The position numbers and the translations under genes are program-made. The notes under the pieces are model-generated. The model was not told where the DNA came from and did no database searches. It was given only the letters and a program-made list of their open reading frames with translations. From Sphingobacteriales bacterium (lineage in GTDB: Bacteria > Bacteroidota > Bacteroidia > Chitinophagales > Chitinophagaceae), in contig OMJB01000077.1 of the NCBI GenBank assembly GCA_900299255.1, positions 8,674 to 72,673 of the forward strand: a stretch of DNA of 64,000 nucleotides, read 5' to 3'. This document shows positions 59,154 to 64,000 of the stretch, piece by piece; within the stretch, counting starts at the first letter, position 1; each line of letters begins with the position of its first letter.

Positions 59154-59693
59154 TTAAAACAATGGCCTAGATTTTTTGACAATTGCTGCAACAAAAAGAC
59201 CAAATAGGGAATCTACAATAAATGCCCCCGACAGAGTAAGCAGGTTTCTAGTTAAATTAAAGTGCTTTGACTCCTCAATCTGCTTATCAAACTTGGATAT
59301 TGTATCTTCTATCTTTTCAGAAGGAACCTGACTTTTCTCCATAAAGTTTATTGTTGCCGTTTTTATCTTCTCCATGAAATGAGGGTCTATGACAAACATA
59401 TACAAGTAGTTGTAAACATATGACATAAACCCAGAGATAATAAGCATAATAAATATTGCCCCAAAAATCTCCTTAAATTCAATGTAGCCACCATTTGACT
59501 TTTTAATTTGACTGGCAAAGTAACCTACAATTACAAATAAACAGACATATCCAATGGTCTTACACAAATAGAAGTATATCATGTTTGCTATCGCAAGATT
59601 TACAGCAGAAGTAATGACAATATAAATAACCCCAACCACAAAGCCATATTTTGCTGCCAATTTATTCTTCTCTAAAGCCGTAATATTTTCCAT
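59154..59693 (-). CDS. DUF4199-family inner membrane protein
   Basis: 179 aa, four TM segments. NGGYIEFKEIFGAIF...IDPHFMEK resembles DUF4199. Starts 2 nt after the upstream dihydroorotase-like gene. Confidence 0.6.
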   Translation of the reverse strand: MENITALEKNKLAAKYGFVVGVIYIVITSAVNLAIANMIYFYLCKTIGYVCLFVIVGYFASQIKKSNGGYIEFKEIFGAIFIMLIISGFMSYVYNYLYMFVIDPHFMEKIKTATINFMEKSQVPSEKIEDTISKFDKQIEESKHFNLTRNLLTLSGAFIVDSLFGLFVAAIVKKSRPLF

Positions 59694-59695
59694 TT

Positions 59696-60979
59696 TTATT
59701 TATTTAAGTGTAGTTTGTTATCGTTATAAATACCCAGCACTTTCCCATTCAGTTTCTGGCCTATAAACGGATTATTGCTGCTGGCTGATACTACATCCGC
59801 AGCTTCCAATGTGTGATGACCCGATGCCGTGAATATTGTTAGAGATGCCTTTTTCCCTTTTTTAATTTCCTTAACCTCCATGCCAAAGATATCCCTGGGC
59901 ATTATAGTCAGGCATTCCACCATTCTTTCAATTGTTATCTGGCCCTTCAGTGCCTGCCAAAGTATATTAAATGCAATCTCTTGAACGGCAATTCCATCTG
60001 AAGCGTATTCAAACTCTTTTGTCTTTGCATCCCACTCCTGCGGACGGTGATGGGTTGCAATACAGTCTATCGTTCCGTCACGAAGTCCTTCTATCAGTGC
60101 CTGTCTGTCTTCTTCGCTTCTCAGCGGCGGAGCCACCTTATACTTGCTGTCGTATCCGGTCAGGTAAACATCTGTAAGAGCCAGATGGTAAGGTGTTACC
60201 GAGCAAGTAACTGCCAGACCTTCAGCTTTTGCCTTGCGTATCAGTTCTACAGATCCTGCAACAGATACACCGGTAAAATGAAGCTTCGAACCTGTGTACC
60301 TCAGTAGTTCAATATCCCTGTACACCATTATAGTTTCAGCAAGCGATGGTATTCCCGCCATGCCCAGTGCTGTAGATACAATCCCCTCATTCATCATCCC
60401 ACCGCTGGCGAGTGCCATATCTATCGGTATCTGAATGATCGTTCCGTGAAACGCTTTTACATATTCCAATGCTTTCAGAAACAGGTTCGCATGCTGCACC
60501 GGCTTCCAGCCATCCGAGAAAGCAAGGGCACCGTTCTCACGCATATCCAGCATTTCGGCCAGGTCCTTTCCTTCAATATTCTGCGAAGCTGCTCCTATTG
60601 GGTGCAGATGCACAATATTACCCGCTGCTTTGCCTGTTACATATTGTATGATCGATTTTGTGCTCAATGCGGGCTGTGTATTAGGTGCCAGCAAAACATC
60701 AGTAAAGCCACCTTTTGCAGCGCAGGCCAGCCCGCTCGCTATTGTTTCCTTATGCTCATATCCCGGCTCATGGTAGTCGGCAAACACATCAACCCAGCCG
60801 GGGCTCACACATAATCCTTTGCCTTCAATTACTGTATCTGCTTTGGCTTTAAGGGCTGTACCGATGTTCTTAATAATCCCGCCGTCAATTAATACATCAA
60901 CAACTTTGTCGTGAAAATCAGATTGAGGGTCCAAGACCTTTGCTTTGCGAATAAGAACCTGCATTTTGTAGATATTCAA
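59696..60979 (-). CDS. dihydroorotase-like amidohydrolase, predicted non-catalytic (PyrC-prime-like)
   Basis: 427 aa. Overall DHOase/allantoinase layout (GLCVSPGWVDV...EPGYEHKETIASGLACAAKGGFTDVLLAPNTQP...), but the HxH metal motif reads FADY (VDVFADYHEPG) and the DHAPH block reads THHRPQ. An alternative start is ATG 60964. Confidence 0.75.
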   Translation of the reverse strand: MNIYKMQVLIRKAKVLDPQSDFHDKVVDVLIDGGIIKNIGTALKAKADTVIEGKGLCVSPGWVDVFADYHEPGYEHKETIASGLACAAKGGFTDVLLAPNTQPALSTKSIIQYVTGKAAGNIVHLHPIGAASQNIEGKDLAEMLDMRENGALAFSDGWKPVQHANLFLKALEYVKAFHGTIIQIPIDMALASGGMMNEGIVSTALGMAGIPSLAETIMVYRDIELLRYTGSKLHFTGVSVAGSVELIRKAKAEGLAVTCSVTPYHLALTDVYLTGYDSKYKVAPPLRSEEDRQALIEGLRDGTIDCIATHHRPQEWDAKTKEFEYASDGIAVQEIAFNILWQALKGQITIERMVECLTIMPRDIFGMEVKEIKKGKKASLTIFTASGHHTLEAADVVSASSNNPFIGQKLNGKVLGIYNDNKLHLNK

Positions 60980-61099
60980 TACAACACCAAAAGTAAACAG
61001 TAAAAATCAAAAAGCATATCTTTTAGCTGGATATACTGCTATACAGAGCGAAAAAAGGAAAATGAAACACATTCATTAAAAAAGGTGCGTATCACCAGG

Positions 61100-63157
61100 T
61101 CAGGCAGCTACCGCCGCTGGCCTTGCCAGCACAAACGTCTCGGCTGCCAGCATCAATAATGCAAGTATCACACAAATCTTCCAAAGCGGGAAACCCGCGC
61201 CCTGACCACCGTCTGTAATACTGCCGGAATCACTAATACTGAGCCATTTGATGTTTTCTCCCTTCCAGTCGTTTTTCAGTTTGGCAATATCCCTGAAACT
61301 AAGCTGAGACTCTTCTTTGTTCTGATTGAGCGCTATCCGGGTAGTATCGCCCCCCTGAAAAAACAGGTTATAAAAACCGGGCTGCCGAACAGCCTGGTCG
61401 GCAAATACATCTAACCCTGCACCATTGGGGCGCTGCGGCGGTATGATATCCAGGCCATTACCCAATATATGAACAGTATTGCGTTCAGGCGCATCGGCAA
61501 GGGGCAGATAAACAAGCTGCTGGCTGCCCAGCGTTACAGCGTATATACTGTTGCTGCCGCTCTGCACCGCCATCTCATACAAAAAGGGCGTAAAAAAATA
61601 ACTGCCCGTAAAATTACCCGCCTGCAGGTCGGCAGATGCGGCACATATGTACAGCTGCCCTTTTGAGGGGGTATATCTGGCCAAAAGGGGGTCACCGTTT
61701 CGGAAACTCAGTACTGATTGCTGATTGGCACTTAAACCCGCACTGATCACATAATGCCAGTTTGCCACAGGCAATTGTACATTTTCGGGTATTTTTTCAA
61801 ACAGGTTTTTTACCAGCGCACTACCCTGCTGCAATGAGCTGGCAGCCTGCACCGCTGTATCCAGACGGGTTATAGTAATATCGCCCACCTGCTTCAACCC
61901 GGCATTAATAGCCTCGAGATTAGGTGTACGTCCAGGGAAAATACAAATGCTCTGACCGCGTTGCAGTGCTTCATTGAGTGATTTACCCAGAGCGTCGTCG
62001 ATACGGCTCACTCCGTTAAGTATTACCAGATTATACTCTTTCCAATCTTTAGGGGCAGCAGTGAGCTCTGCCTGATTTAGCCTGAAACCATTGTATGCCC
62101 TGAATGCCGCCTGTATATAAGGATTGGGCTGCCCTTCATTCAGCACCAGTACAGAAAGGTTGGGAGAGCTGCGGGCTGTTATCCTGAATGTATCGTCGAA
62201 CCGCATGCTGGCGTCATTCACTCTTAGTTCCAGCTGCTGCCAGCCACCATTGCTAACCTGAAAAGAAAGCGTATCTGTGCTTTCTTTCTTCTCTGAAAAA
62301 TTGAGCGAAGCGGCACTTTTTACCTGCCCGTTAATCAGCAGGTTCAGTACCGGGCTCTCTTTTGGTGCACTTCCTGTCATACGGGTGCGCACTACCAGAT
62401 AATTATTTTTACCTGTCTGCAGTACCGGAGCGGTAAGGAATGCTGTATCAATATTTATGTTCTGAGGCTCATCAGTCTGCACCGGCAGCGCATAAAAAGT
62501 AATATTCCGTGTAAGCGAATGATCCGGAATCTGCGGAAAAGCACACTGCTGAAAATCCGAATAAAAATACAGATCGGCACCGGCTTTGCCTTCATTTTCC
62601 ATGATGGCCTGCGCAGAGGCCAGTACCTGATTAACAGTTTTAGAGGAAGCTGAAATTTCAGTTCTGTTTATTTCAGCAAATACTTTATCAGCGGGCTCAG
62701 ACCTAAGGCCCAGCGGATTGTCGTTGGTCAGCAGTACAAAACGTGTTCCGGGTGGAGCATGCTGTACCTGTCTGCGTGCGGCCGCTCTCGCTATATCCAG
62801 CATACTGCCTGAACCTTTCTTAAGGCCCATAGTACAGCTGTTATCAATATAAATGATCTTCAGCCTTTTTTCGGCTGGTGTTTTACTTTGATTGCTGAGA
62901 AAGGGCTGAGCAAACGCCAGAATAAGGCTGGTCAGAAACAGCAACCTGAGCGCAAGCAATAATTTATACCGAACCTGACTCTGCTTCCGTGAGTTGAGCT
63001 GTATGTTTTTCAGGAATCTGGTATGGGGAAATAATACCGTCTTATACTTACGCAGGTTGAACAGGTGTATCAGTACAGGTATTGCCAGCGAAAGCCCCGC
63101 TGCCAGAAAAAGTGGATAAAGAAAACTCACCTGACAAATATAGGGTAATGTTATCAA
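61100..63157 (-). CDS. BatA-domain (N-terminal double-TM) membrane protein with a C-terminal TM anchor
   Basis: 685 aa. SFLYPLFLAAGLSLAIPVLIHLFNLRKYKTVLFPHTRFL is the aerotolerance BatA-type N-terminal double-TM motif. The true start may be the GTG at 63127. Confidence 0.7.
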   Translation of the reverse strand: MITLPYICQVSFLYPLFLAAGLSLAIPVLIHLFNLRKYKTVLFPHTRFLKNIQLNSRKQSQVRYKLLLALRLLFLTSLILAFAQPFLSNQSKTPAEKRLKIIYIDNSCTMGLKKGSGSMLDIARAAARRQVQHAPPGTRFVLLTNDNPLGLRSEPADKVFAEINRTEISASSKTVNQVLASAQAIMENEGKAGADLYFYSDFQQCAFPQIPDHSLTRNITFYALPVQTDEPQNINIDTAFLTAPVLQTGKNNYLVVRTRMTGSAPKESPVLNLLINGQVKSAASLNFSEKKESTDTLSFQVSNGGWQQLELRVNDASMRFDDTFRITARSSPNLSVLVLNEGQPNPYIQAAFRAYNGFRLNQAELTAAPKDWKEYNLVILNGVSRIDDALGKSLNEALQRGQSICIFPGRTPNLEAINAGLKQVGDITITRLDTAVQAASSLQQGSALVKNLFEKIPENVQLPVANWHYVISAGLSANQQSVLSFRNGDPLLARYTPSKGQLYICAASADLQAGNFTGSYFFTPFLYEMAVQSGSNSIYAVTLGSQQLVYLPLADAPERNTVHILGNGLDIIPPQRPNGAGLDVFADQAVRQPGFYNLFFQGGDTTRIALNQNKEESQLSFRDIAKLKNDWKGENIKWLSISDSGSITDGGQGAGFPLWKICVILALLMLAAETFVLARPAAVAA

Positions 63158-63332
63158 TGAAACCGTTGACGAAATGTGAAAGAACGGTCTGGTATTTGGC
63201 CAGGAGCTATAGTCAACTGTTTACGGGATGTAAAAAGACTCAAACAGTTTGGGCAATCTTTATCCGGCTAAGTGGGCAAGTGTGTACTGCGGGTGTTTAG
63301 TTCATACAATTTATTACTTTCGTTATCATAAT

Positions 63333-64000
63333 ATGCGTCTTCTATTACTTTCTGTAATTATACTCACATCAATTGTTAGCCGGGCACAAAACGGCATCAT
63401 TTGGTATGACCCCATACCTGTAGCCGACAAAACTTATGGCAATCTGCACCCCCGGGTCACACTAGATCAGAACCATAAGCCACTTGTACTCTGGGGCGAC
63501 AAAAACGGAAGAGTATTCCTGGCCAGGTGGGCAGGGAAAGACTTTGCAGCACCTGTGCAGATGAACCCTGCCGGCAAAGAAGCTTTTACTGAGAGCTGGG
63601 CAGGGCCTGAAATGACCAGCAGGGGTGATACCATTTACCTCGTTTACAAAGAAGTGCCAGAAGATGTGAACCACATCTACATCAAACATTCATACGACGG
63701 TGGCAAAACTTTTTCTATAGAAACACAGGTAGATGACAGCGATGGCCTCATCTCCCGTTTCCCTACCGTTGCGATGGATCCATATGGCCATCCGCTAGTT
63801 TCATACATGAAGTATGATAAGGGGTATGTAAATCCAAGGCACGTTGTAGCCAAGTCTACAGAACTTGGAGAGTCCTTTACCGGGGAAGCGGTGATCAAAG
63901 ACATTTCGGGTGGCTCAATTTCTGACTGCTGCCCCGCAACGGTGGTAGAGAGTGGCAATGCAACGGGGATCCTCTATCGCGACAACCTGAATAACTACCG
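63333..64000 (+). CDS. secreted BNR/sialidase-like beta-propeller protein (5' part; runs off the right edge; not in the ORF track)
   Basis: My translation from ATG 63333: MRLLLLSVIILTSIVSRAQNGIIWYDPIPVADKTYGNLHPRVTLDQNHKPLVLWGD...IYIKHSYDGGKTFSIETQVDD...ESFTGEAV... It has a signal peptide and Asp-box SYDGGKTF, and stays open to position 64000. Confidence 0.6.
   Translation, partial: MRLLLLSVIILTSIVSRAQNGIIWYDPIPVADKTYGNLHPRVTLDQNHKPLVLWGDKNGRVFLARWAGKDFAAPVQMNPAGKEAFTESWAGPEMTSRGDTIYLVYKEVPEDVNHIYIKHSYDGGKTFSIETQVDDSDGLISRFPTVAMDPYGHPLVSYMKYDKGYVNPRHVVAKSTELGESFTGEAVIKDISGGSISDCCPATVVESGNATGILYRDNLNNY

Overview
This 64 kb window reads as a chromosomal segment from a Bacteroidota genome, probably Chitinophagaceae or Sphingobacteriia-like. 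The basis is T9SS type A and type B C-terminal sorting domains, Bacteroidota-typical DUF families, TAnnTTTG promoter boxes, and many SpII-type lipoproteins. I call about 50 protein genes. I saw no tRNA, rRNA, CRISPR array, transposase or integrase.

Housekeeping genes include ctaA (partial), an HU-family gene, rng, priA, etfBA, gyrB, tatC, rpiB, a fused E1 alpha/beta 2-oxoacid dehydrogenase, a GT2 glycosyltransferase and a dihydroorotase-like gene. Between them sit cell-surface and sensory genes:
- two tandem giant T9SS type B cargo genes (1286 and 1079 aa)
- a 3.8 kb Ig-like repeat adhesin with a type A sorting domain
- an NHL-repeat T9SS protein
- a BlaI/BlaR1-type pair
- an ECF sigma factor next to a membrane protein carrying a trypsin-like protease domain
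- a SorAB-like sulfite dehydrogenase with an extra cytochrome c
- a class III cyclase
- a small AT-rich toxin-antitoxin islet

I do not see a compelling multi-gene novel system such as a defence island. The observations most worth following up are:
1. Six reading-frame lesions (four indels at short homopolymers, two in-frame TAG codons) fall only in accessory genes: the BlaR1-like sensor, a GAF protein, the Ig-like adhesin and an EEP nuclease/phosphatase.
2. An 860 bp non-coding gap upstream of etfB holds a dense, nested-hairpin array of ACCGGAAG/CTTCCGGT motifs.
3. An unlisted 30-codon hyper-basic ORF upstream of rng resembles bS22-type ribosomal peptides.
4. The ECF sigma is paired with an anti-sigma-like protein fused to a protease.
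5. The dihydroorotase-like protein lacks its metal and catalytic residues.

All homology calls come from reading motifs by eye. No database search was run.
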